Under the pieces are notes generated by a model, which was not told the origin of the DNA, searched no databases, and worked only from the letters and a program-made list of their open reading frames with translations. The position numbers and the translations under genes were made by a program. A DNA stretch of 16,432 nucleotides. Source: Octopus sinensis. Lineage: Eukaryota. Position 1 is the stretch's first letter. Every line of letters begins with the position of its first letter. The stretch is from positions 1 through 16,432 of the forward strand of contig NW_021825165.1 of the NCBI RefSeq assembly GCF_006345805.1, read 5' to 3'. Of the stretch, positions 1 to 8,176 are shown one piece after another.

Positions 1-939
1 TTGCTCGTCAACCTACCCTGTCAATGAATTTGACTCAATTCAAAAAGAATTGTCACACATTCGAACGGTGACAAAATCACTAACCTCTATATAATATATA
101 TATACATAGCACCCTCCGCACCTCACAGGCATATATATGGGTGTTTATCGGGAACCTCAAGTTCAACTGCAACGACAGAAACATATCTATTCCTTCTCAG
201 TACTTTGTAGCAGGTTCGAAGACATATATGCCCATCACTGCTGGTTTTTTATCGTCGAATGACATGGCGTCCCTTCAGAAATGTGTGTTAATTGACGTGA
301 GGGACCTCTTAGATAGCACAGTGTTTCGACCTTATCATGCACCTCCTCAGGGAACGCTCGCCTCGAACAATGAATCTATCAAGTGTCCTGGGAAATAAAG
401 AATTTGCTGATTGTTGCTGATAAATTGCCAAACAGATAATTATTTGTTGGTATATTTGTGTTCGAATCGGACAGAATACATTTAGGACATATAGGTAATT
501 TGTGTTTTAGATTCCCGCCGGGCTGCCCGCATCTCATGAATTATTACCAGTTCATCAGACATTATCACTCATCAGCAAATAAATTGTTGTCCGATTTTCC
601 TAAACAAGAGATAATATTCTTGATAGGTCAGTGAAGTGGCGTGTGGCTTTGACTCAGGAGATACGCCATTAGGTGGAAACTATTCGGACCTCAAACTCAC
701 CTTACATCAATGTATGTTCCCGGATGATGAAATCAACAGCGATCGATGAACTTATTTGCGTTCAAATCTACCAGGCTCTATTGGGAATGAACAGAAGCGT
801 TACATTTATTTATGTGTATACACACTCACACACAGACACATTAATATAAGATCCAGGGGTCGAGGTGTAGGAAAATATGAGAATGAGATTGAAGCAATCC
901 GTAGAGAATATCAAAAGCAAACACACTTTCATATATATA

Positions 940-1163
940 TATAAATAAATGAAAGAATGGAGTCGAACGGCGATTTAACAAAATTCCTTTATTCTCGACA
1001 TATGTTTCGAAGACTGCATATTCCTAATTTCGAAGGAATAAGGGGTGCATTATGCCGCCTTCACATCAGGAAAAACAAGGAACTTACGTCAGCTTCATGA
1101 CGAACAAAAACTTTTAGATGACTGCCCACACGTCGTTCGACTCCATTCTTTCATTTATTTATA
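940..1163 (-). mobile_element. 224-bp cassette bounded by perfect 30-bp inverted repeats and enclosing a hammerhead motif; PLE inverted pseudo-LTR remnant or MITE-like element
   Basis: 940-969 TATAAATAAATGAAAGAATGGAGTCGAACG is the exact reverse complement of 1134-1163. The left end abuts a short (AT)n run. The hammerhead motif lies between the arms. PLE assignment is inferred from the hammerhead, the inverted arrangement and the (TA)n context. Confidence 0.7.
981..1085 (-). ncRNA. Type I hammerhead ribozyme motif with an A9U core variant and extended stem II
   Basis: Minus strand reads AAGUUCCUUGUUUUUC-CUGAUGU-GAAGGC...GUCUUC-GAAA-C-AUAU-G-UC-GAGAAUAAAGGAAUUU. Stem I pairs 14 of 16 positions with a 2x2 internal loop. 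Stem II base is GAAGGC/GUCUUC (G10.1-C11.1). Stem III is minimal with a palindromic AUAU loop. The GUC triplet is at 999-997, with predicted cleavage between 997 and 996. Confidence 0.75.
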
Positions 1164-1307
1164 GTAAAAAAACACACAAATTTCCACACGAAAGCACGTG
1201 ATTTCTGCCCTTGGCATGTAGCTTCAACCGTGATTTCTGACGCAAATTTGCTACCCGGGTATCGGTTAAACCGAATTATCCATACTAGGATAATTCATTC
1301 AACTACT

Positions 1308-1341
1308 TATATATATATTTTTATACATATATATATATATA

Positions 1342-1412
<71 letters not shown>

Positions 1413-1417
1413 TATAT
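1308..1417. repeat. (AT)n microsatellite
   Basis: About 110 bp of nearly pure AT dinucleotide repeat. Confidence 0.97.
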
Positions 1418-1458
1418 GTAAAAAGTCAAGGTAGAAATGCTAAAATAATTTTATAAAA

Positions 1459-1507
1459 ACATTTCAGTACCGGTTTCGGTCATTGAGACTTTTTCAACTA
1501 TAAATAT
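1459..1507 (-). ncRNA. Minimal type I hammerhead-like motif with U3-A8 covariant core
   Basis: Minus strand reads AUAUUUAUAG-UUGAAAA-AGUC-UCAAU-GACC-GAAA-C-CG-G-UA-CUGAAAUGU. Stem I is AUAUUU(A)UAG/CUGAAAUGU, 9 bp with one bulge. Stem II is GUC/GAC with an A.C mismatch at 10.1-11.1. Stem III is palindromic ACCGGU. The triplet is GUA, with predicted cleavage between 1468 and 1467. Confidence 0.6.
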
Positions 1508-2269
1508 GGGAAACTTTTGGAAAAATTAACTGAAAAGTATTTTAAAGAATATTTGTATAGTTTTTCAAATACAAGGACATTTTCCTTGTTTCTACCTGTC
1601 TCTCAGGTTTGCTCTCATACATACATACAACACATGTATACAAGCACATATAGTTCAAATTAACAGAAGACAAACGACGAAGACATGTCTAGGAACAACA
1701 AGCAAATGTATTACTTTAAAGCTTGGGAAAAGATGTATAAATATAGTGCATTGTATATGATGTACACGCACGCACACAAAATCTCACGCGAACACACACA
1801 CACACACATATATATATATATGTGTATGTATATATACATACACCCTCACAAACATGCATATATATATTTATCATCTTAAGCCAGTTACTTAGCTACATAG
1901 TGAGCGTCATGAGTTTGGTAATTGTAATTAGTTAAATGGAATCAGCTTGAACGCTCATGGAGCACTCGTGATAATCAAAGGAGCACTCTAATCAAATGCG
2001 TTGTTATCTTGGTTTTACCAGAAAGTTAATGGCGTGTAATGTCTAGTACAATCAAGGACTTACAGCAGAACACACTATGCTAATGGTTTGGTTTCACCGA
2101 ATTAACCGTAGTTTTCCCGTAAAGACCGACTGGTTGCTTCTGTAGTTATATAACTGTTTATCTTTACTGACCAACGAATTGGGTATTGTCTGCAGCGCTT
2201 TTCTCAACACCAGAGTCTAACAGCATACGAAAGGCTGGTGAATACAGAGATACAGTGATATAAAAGAGA

Positions 2270-2534
2270 GGGTGTTGACGAGTGGATTAGGTGCTCTGCA
2301 CCCGATTGGTAGATTGTGGGTTCGACTCCAGGACCACACGGCGCATTGTGTTCTGTAGCAAAACAGTTTATCACACTTCGCTATATAAGAGTAAATCTGC
2401 AACGGACTGGGCTTTCGATCAAGGGGTGTGTTGGCCCGCTCGCCTAGCCAACAGGGTGGCGGCATTCAAACTGTAAAAGAATTAGAATCGCATTTTAAGC
2501 AGCGATGTATAACAACATCCGATAGTTTGGACGA
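2270..2534 (+). mobile_element. tRNA-derived SINE (family C head with central domain)
   Basis: Pol III A-box-like TGTTGACGAGTGG near 2273 and B box GGTTCGACTCC at 2319-2329. The central motif CTGCAACGGACTGG...CAAGGGG near 2397 is shared with the 10610 copy. Confidence 0.8.
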
Positions 2535-2582
2535 TTGCATTATTTCTCTACCTATCTATCGACTTATTTTCCGTTCTTTCTC

Positions 2583-2604
2583 ATATATATATATATATAT
2601 TATA

Positions 2605-2701
<97 letters not shown>

Positions 2702-2709
2702 GTGTGTGT
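2583..2709. repeat. Compound (AT)n-(GT)n microsatellite
   Basis: (AT)n at 2583-2665 followed directly by (GT)n to 2709. Confidence 0.97.
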
Positions 2710-3119
2710 ACTTAAAATACCTGGGAAAACTTTCAGTTAGAATTGACCAAGTCCAAGGGCCGGTTCACCAACACCTAAAAGGGTCGTTTGATGATATTTC
2801 ATATTATAGTCATTCTTGGTAGACCATAGGCCAGTCAATGAAAGAGTGATTTTTACCACAGATGTAACGGAGTTTTGTGTAAGAGTATCGTCCAGGAACC
2901 GTTTGAATGTTATAAGGTCCTATTTATCTTCGCATGTTGTTATATATATATATATAATCAATGTATCGACCAGGCTATCGGAAGTTGTTACATTCTACTA
3001 TTTGCAATGCACCTCCTTGTTTGGTTGTACATCTTGAATAATGCTACCCGGCTCTCTAATCGGCCAGGCTAACTTACCAACCCCTGCACAGAAAGCCCTT
3101 TCGCCGCAGTGTTACCCAC

Positions 3120-3250
3120 TCATCGCTGAGTACGGTAGAGCAACAAGAAATGAAATGCTCATGAACACAGTAAGCACGCACCGACCGCTTGGGAATCAAA
3201 CGCACAACCTTCCCATCGTGAAATCATCACATTATCTCCTTGACCATGCA
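3120..3250 (-). mobile_element. Degenerate SINE head, family C-like
   Basis: The plus strand shows GGGAATCAAACGCACAACCTTCCCATCGTGA, the reverse complement of a decayed tRNA-like B-box region resembling 2290-2330. Confidence 0.5.
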
Positions 3251-3789
3251 ATTTAACATATACGTCTTCATAAAAACACGTTTGAACCACTACAAGTACA
3301 GTTCGCTTTTCGATTCTTTCATATCTCATTTCTTTATTTTATTTTATCTAATTATTCTCCTTTTATTAATTTGCGGAAATATTTTTTATGTTGTCCTGTT
3401 GTCTGCTGTTTCACATCGCTATACGCTCGCTGAGTGCCTAGAGAAGTATTCCTCTGTTTATTTCATACATTCCGACTACATAAAACATGTATTAATTTCA
3501 TTTTATATATTTATTTATGAATATTGTGAGATAGTTACACGGAGATATAATCTAATTCTATTTATTATAGGTTGCTAGTATACACAATAAAATAGATACT
3601 ATAATCAAATTTCGATATTTGATACTATAATTTGATACAGTAAATATTTCTCTTTTTTTTCTATTTACTCCGTTTTTCTATAAAATATTTGCGAGGTTAA
3701 AATATGGAACTTGAGACTTTGGTGAAACAGAGCTCACATAAAATTGTAACACAATACGTGCCTAAGCTGTAGCAATATCATAATTTTGT

Positions 3790-4225
3790 TTTTATTTCCT
3801 AGCCTTTGTCGTTGATCTTTGGCCATGCTGGAGCAATGCATTGAAAGTTGTAGTCACACAAATCGATCCCATTGCTTATATGAAAGTCTGGTCCGTATTA
3901 TTTTATTTGTTTTTTTTTTTTGTGGGAAACCGTTAAGTTACGAGGACGAAAAGAAATAAACCAACACCGGTTGCCTAGCGTTGGGGAGAACACATACACA
4001 ATCATAGACAGATGCAAACACAGACACATGCATAAAAAGTTACGTACATACACACTTACACACACAAGCACACTCACGCAAGCGCAAATGTACACACACA
4101 CACACACAAGCATACACGCACGCAGACATGCACGACGAGTTTCTAGAAAGCTTCCTCCTTCACATAATTCATTCAAAAGTCATTGGATGGCCCAGGTGTG
4201 ATAATAGAAGACACATTCCCATAAC
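3790..4225 (-). mobile_element. Degenerate SINE family A copy with an expanded internal (CA)n tract
   Basis: GGCCATGCTGGAGCA (3821), AAACCGTTAAGTTACGAGGACG (about 3927) and TAGAAGACAC (4205) are reverse complements of motifs that occur in the same order in the 13868-14255 copy. Confidence 0.7.
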
Positions 4226-4279
4226 ATCACGAAGAAAGATTTACACAGAATCCCATGTTTTCAAAGCGATCTTAATCTG

Positions 4280-4510
4280 TTTCTTTACTACCCAGAAAAG
4301 GACAAACACAGAGAGGACAAACATGGACAGACGAACGGATTAAGTCGATTACATCGACCCCCAGTGCGTAACTGGTACTTAATTTATCGACCCCGAAAGG
4401 ATGAGAGGCAAAGTCGACCTCGGCGGAATTTGAACTGAGAACGTAACGGCAGACGAAATACGGCTACGCTCTCGCCCAGCGTGCTAACGGTTCTGCCAGA
4501 TCGCCGCCTT
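4280..4510 (-). mobile_element. SINE family B, well-preserved copy
   Basis: Its reverse complement begins AAGGCGGCGATCTGGCAGAACCGTTAGCAC...GTTCTCAGTTCAAATTCCGCCGAGGTCGACTTTGCC. It shows about 8 differences over about 111 nt against 6691-6801 and has a B-box-like AGTTCAAATTCC. Confidence 0.9.
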
Positions 4511-4658
4511 AAGTGATCTTAATCACACCACTTTGCATATACCCATAAGTAAGATCTAGAGCTCCGCTCCATTCACTGAGTTAGGTTTACGATTAGACGA
4601 TCCAATGCAGGTCAATGCAACCATCTACTGCACAGATACTTGTTTCACTCAAGATGTT

Positions 4659-4715
4659 ATGATATCAAGAACGATACTGATCGGACTGATTCTCCTGTTT
4701 TCTCGTTGCCTACAG
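4659..4715 (+). CDS. Candidate first coding exon encoding a signal-peptide-like sequence, MISRTILIGLILLFSRCLQ
   Basis: ATG with a purine at -3. The 19 codons give a basic N-region and a hydrophobic core (ILIGLILLF), ending at a good donor CAG|GTAAAG (phase 0). The same CAG could instead be an acceptor after a pyrimidine tract, and there is no homology evidence. Confidence 0.3.
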
Positions 4716-4970
4716 GTAAAGTTTGTGCGATTGATTCCTGTTGATAAAGGAGTAAATAATATATTGGGCTCTGGTGGACTCTATCTACCTTCGTAAACAA
4801 CAGTCAAGTGTTCGGCAATTTCTCTTTGAACATCTTGCACAGATGCTTTCGCTTATAGTTATCATACCTTTGAGATGTAATTTGGATCATTCTTTCATCA
4901 AATTGACAACGCATTCACAGGTCCACAGGTCAACATATTCGCGTCAGGACATCGACGTTATCGCATAACA

Positions 4971-4973
<3 letters not shown>

Positions 4974-5026
<53 letters not shown>
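4974..5026. repeat. (AT)n microsatellite
   Basis: Pure AT dinucleotide run of about 53 bp. Confidence 0.97.
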
Positions 5027-5030
<4 letters not shown>

Positions 5031-5107
5031 GAATAAATAAATAAAATATATGCATATATACATATATATATGTACGCACCTATTCTACATGTATATATAC
5101 ATGCATA

Positions 5108-5280
5108 TATGGGTACAGGACACCAAAGAAACGTCGAAGACAATGAGAAACGAAAACATAAACACAAAACCAAGAAGATGAACATTTTTTAGAAACAACG
5201 AAAAAATAGAGTACAGGACATACAAAACAAGGAAAATTCCTCTTCTTCACTCGCCTTAATTTCATCTACTCCACGTTTCG
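5108..5280. mobile_element. A-rich dispersed repeat cassette between (AT)n tracts, probably a PLE-related remnant
   Basis: GTACAGGACA occurs twice here and again near 14979 in a similar A-rich cassette. The end CTACTCCACGTTTCG resembles ATCTCCACATTCGCG near 14624. Confidence 0.45.
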
Positions 5281-5292
5281 ATATATATATAT

Positions 5293-5453
5293 ATACGCCG
5301 GGATTCTTTCATCCGACTACCAGATTTACTCACTAGACTTTGGTCGGCCCACGGCTGTAGTAGAAGACACTTGCCCAAAGAGTCACGCAGTGGAACTGAA
5401 CCCGGAGCCATATGGTTGGGAAGCAAAGTTCTTACCCCAGAGCAACACCTGCG
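5293..5453 (-). mobile_element. SINE family A, 5' half
   Basis: GGTCGGCCCACGGCTGTAGTAGAAGACACTTGCCCAA...CAGTGGAACTGAACCCGG is the reverse complement of the 13868-14030 region. Confidence 0.85.
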
Positions 5454-5656
5454 ATAAATATGAGGAAAAATTTATTATAAAATAAATGTTTCACAGCACA
5501 ATGAGCGAATTTGCTAGACAAAATCTGTCTGGAAGTTCGACATGAAAGTGTGTTTCTGTGTGTATGTATGTATGTGTTTCATTAAGGGTGCGCGCACTTG
5601 TGTGTTTATAAATTTTTATAGGTGTGTTTATCTTTATAAATGCTTATGTTTGAGTA

Positions 5657-5674
5657 TGTGTGTGTGTGTGCGTC

Positions 5675-5723
<49 letters not shown>

Positions 5724-5921
5724 CGTATGTGTTGTATGGGTTTTGTCTCGTCACTGATTGGAAACAGAAATTGGTGCAACTTAACAATTCGGCAAAATAA
5801 ACCGATTCAGTAAGCACCACAACTGAGATTTAATACTAAGATCTATTAGTTCGGCAAATTTTTCTTGTCAACATTTTGCTCCAGCATGAGCGCACTCCAA
5901 TTACTGGAAAAAGACAAAAAG
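5657..5921 (+). mobile_element. (TG)n tract followed by a degenerate 3' half of SINE family A
   Basis: (TG)n at 5657-5720, then TTCGGCAAAATAAACCGAT and TTTTGCTCCAGCATGAGCGCA, matching 14130-14230. Confidence 0.6.
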
Positions 5922-6214
5922 AAAAAACGATGTAAACGAGAACAGACAGCTTTGTGTGCGCATTCTTAATCAGTGGCAAAATTTCCTGACAAGTAATGTC
6001 TTATTTCCAACGCTCGATCATAAATAATATCCGTTGCCAATGTCCTCAGTTTCCCAACAGATTGTTATGGTGACATTGTCCTCTCTCATGCGAATATCAA
6101 TAACGAATATTCTGTTTTAGCTTGACGCATATTTTTCTTCTTCGTTCTTTTAAAATTCTGCGCTGTCTCTACGGATCTCCAGTCGTTTTGAGGACAGCAA
6201 TATATAGGTCGGTT

Positions 6215-6428
6215 ATTTCTCTTCCTAATAATGGTTTCACATTTTGCCACAAGGGCAGAAATTTTATTAGAGGGGATCAATCGATTACATCGATTCCAGC
6301 GTTCAACTGGTACTTATTTTATCGACACTCGACCGATGAAAGGCAACATCAACCTCAGCGGTATTTGAACTCAGAATGTAGTGACGGGTGAAGAATTGCT
6401 AAGAAGAATTCTGCCATCACGCCGTCTT
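6215..6428 (-). mobile_element. SINE family B, degenerate copy
   Basis: TCGATTACATCGATTCCAGCGTTCAACTGGTACTTATTTTATCGAC...TTTGAACTCAGAA matches the 4341-4510 and 6447-6659 copies. Confidence 0.8.
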
Positions 6429-6446
6429 CTTTCTCTTCGTAATAAT

Positions 6447-6659
6447 CCTTTCTATTATCAGCACAAGGCCTGAAATTTGAGGGAGGCGGATAAGTTGATT
6501 ACATCGATCCCAGTGTTTGACTGGTACTTAATTTATCGACCCAAAGACGATAAAAGGCAAAGTCGACCTCAGCGGAATTTGAACTCAGAACGTAGCGACT
6601 GAAAAAAATATTGCGAAGCATTTCGTCCAGCGCTAACGATTCTGCCAGCTCGCCGCCTT
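6447..6659 (-). mobile_element. SINE family B copy
   Basis: Contains AGGCAAAGTCGACCTCAGCGGAATTTGAACTCAGAACGT...GCTAACGATTCTGCCAGCTCGCCGCCTT. Confidence 0.9.
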
Positions 6660-6690
6660 ATATCTCTTTGTAATAATGATTTATAATCTT

Positions 6691-6801
6691 AAGGCGGCGA
6701 GCTGGCAGAACCGTTAGCACGCCGGGCAAAATGCGTAGCCGTATTTCGTCTGCCGTTACGTTCTGAGTTCAAATTCCGCCGAGGTCGACTTTGCTTTTCA
6801 T
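6691..6801 (+). mobile_element. SINE family B, 3'-truncated copy, head-to-head with 6447-6659
   Basis: AAGGCGGCGAGCTGGCAGAACCGTTAGCACGCCGGG...GAGTTCAAATTCCGCCGAGGTCGACTTTGC. It is separated from the opposite-strand copy by a 31-bp spacer. Confidence 0.9.
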
Positions 6802-6870
6802 GTGCCGCTAACGCATTTCCGTAGCAAAATCATCGGGGTGTGGGTGTGATAGATATTGCGCCACTAGATT

Positions 6871-7069
6871 CATCATCATCATCATCATCATTATCGTCAT
6901 CATCATTATTATCATCATCATCATCATTATCATCCCACCACCACCACGGACACCACCACGGACACCACCACGGACACCACCACCGACACCACCACCACCA
7001 ACGACACCACCGCCACCACCACCACTAAAACCACAACCACCACCATCATCATCATCATCACCATCATCA
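6871..7069. repeat. Compound (CAT)n/(CAC)n trinucleotide array with a 12-bp superunit
   Basis: (CAT)n, then CACCACCACGGA three times plus variants, then (CAT)n again. Confidence 0.95.
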
Positions 7070-7098
7070 AACCCTAGACATCACTGGTGTCCTTAAGA

Positions 7099-7275
7099 CT
7101 CATAGGGCCAGTTACCGAGTTTCCTTCGCCAGTCTTGACTCATTTGGATGTGAGAGGAATGGATCTTCGGGAAGAGAAAAGATTTTTTTCACGAACACAT
7201 TGCGTCGCAGGGTCCGAGGATCGAAACGATGCCCTTGTGACTGCGATAGCATTACAGTGACCCCTGCGTCACTAG
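7099..7275 (-). mobile_element. Degenerate family C-like SINE fragments
   Basis: The reverse complement of 7099-7128 matches 10853-10883 at about 25 of 31 positions. 7190-7255 (GGATCGAAACGATGCCCTTGTGACTGCGA) weakly resembles the reverse complement of the family C tRNA head. Confidence 0.5.
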
Positions 7276-7345
7276 ACTATAACGACGAGAAGAATGTATT
7301 TGTCGAGCTTCCGTATAGTTTGTCTCCACCCGGTGTCATTCACAG

Positions 7346-7438
7346 GGATTCGGTGGAGCCGACGAATTCGTCAAAGATCTCACGCAGCGGGATCGAATCA
7401 GAGACCTTGAGATTGCGAAGCAAATTTGTAAACAATGG
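7346..7438 (+). CDS. Candidate 93-nt internal exon (phase 0-0), GFGGADEFVKDLTQRDRIRDLEIAKQICKQW
   Basis: Pyrimidine-rich acceptor TTTGTCTCCACCCGGTGTCATTCACAG and donor TGG|GTCAGC. The peptide looks helical and amphipathic. A second frame is also open and I do not recognise the protein. Confidence 0.3.
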
Positions 7439-7845
7439 GTCAGCGATTGAAACAATTCGGCAGCCGGAATTAACCCGGAATTTACAAGCCATACCGAATC
7501 TCTGCGTGATCGATGGAATTAGACGGAATAATAGCCACATCTCTTTCATGGAATATTCCAATGTCTTATAAACGGAAATAATACATTGGTCATTGTGAAA
7601 AAGCTTTCGCTTATAAATCTACTGCAGCACGGCGTTCTTCGTACTAAACAACAGCAGCAACAACAACAAGGTGGATTTCTACAGGGGTGAATCTTAAACA
7701 GGTTCTTCAACCAAAATCAAAAACAGCAAAAACAGGAAAAAAACCCATTAAAAAGACCACCGGTGGCGTCAACGGAACCGTGACACGGAATACACAAGTA
7801 ATAATATTCCAACGAATCTGAAACGGCAATACGTGCTGCTATAAA

Positions 7846-7873
7846 ATGGTAATGAGATTGGTTTTGGCTTGTC
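7846..7873 (+). CDS. Candidate short initial coding exon (MVMRLVLAC plus 1 nt)
   Basis: AAAATGG start context and a consensus donor GTGAGT at 7874. Phase 1 is compatible with the 8052 exon across a 178-bp GT-AG intron. Confidence 0.25.
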
Positions 7874-8051
7874 GTGAGTATGTAATATTGTAACGATTAT
7901 ACGGAATCGTTAGCAAATAGAGGTTGCTTTGAGTCCCATTGGATTGTTACATTTTTATTCTCCAGCATTGTATTAGCATGTTTAACTCTGTTTAAAAAAG
8001 AGCGAACACGTAGTCAAGTCTATTTAGTTTGGTTTTATTCCCAAATTACAG

Positions 8052-8176
8052 ATTATCTAAAATGCGACTGCTCAACCCAACAAAAGCTCTTTTTTATCTC
8101 CTGGTATAAAGACGGAAACGACGTTATTCTCCGTTTTATTAGAAACGTGGCGCACTGCAGACGGCCATATTGTAAG
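8052..8176 (+). CDS. Candidate 125-nt coding exon, xYLKCDCSTQQKLFFISWYKDGNDVILRFIRNVAHCRRPYCK, with a possible Ig-like B/C-strand motif
   Basis: Acceptor GGTTTTATTCCCAAATTACAG and strong donor AAG|GTATGG. Only one of three frames is open across the exon. L-x-C followed 13 residues later by W-Y-K-D-G fits the Ig-fold Cys/Trp spacing. No second-half DxGxYxC exon was found in the window. Confidence 0.45.

Noticed and set aside
305-352. Hammerhead-like string on the minus strand, CUGAGGA-GGU...GUC-GAAA-CAC-U-GUG-CU
   Set aside because: U16.1 is replaced by C, stem II is only G-C plus two wobbles, and no stem I pairing is available.
1263-1296. Small hairpins CGGTT-A-AACCG and GAATTATCC-ATACTA-GGATAATTC with CTAG, suggesting a Helitron 3' end
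   Set aside because: CTAG lies inside the hairpin instead of about 10 nt downstream, and there is no matching TC 5' end or helicase evidence.
2270-2345. tRNA-like sequence with A and B boxes
   Set aside because: No complete cloverleaf. It continues into a dispersed repeat body, so it is a SINE head, not a tRNA gene. The same applies to 10610 and 13868.
5230-5280. Permuted hammerhead-like pieces (GAAAC...GUGAAGA here; CUGAAGA near 14600; CUGAGGA with a hairpin near 15050-15075)
   Set aside because: The core elements are mutated or in an order that needs a stem I hairpin I cannot form. They may be decayed relatives, but no fold is supportable.
6840-7028. Poly-Ser/poly-His ORF (62 aa)
   Set aside because: Almost entirely a trinucleotide microsatellite with a GTG start and no splice or homology support.
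8062-8109. MRLLNPTKALFYLLV* as a signal peptide extended by A-to-I editing of the TAA stop
   Set aside because: Further stops follow within about 10 codons, both adenosines would need editing, and there is no evidence for it in DNA alone.
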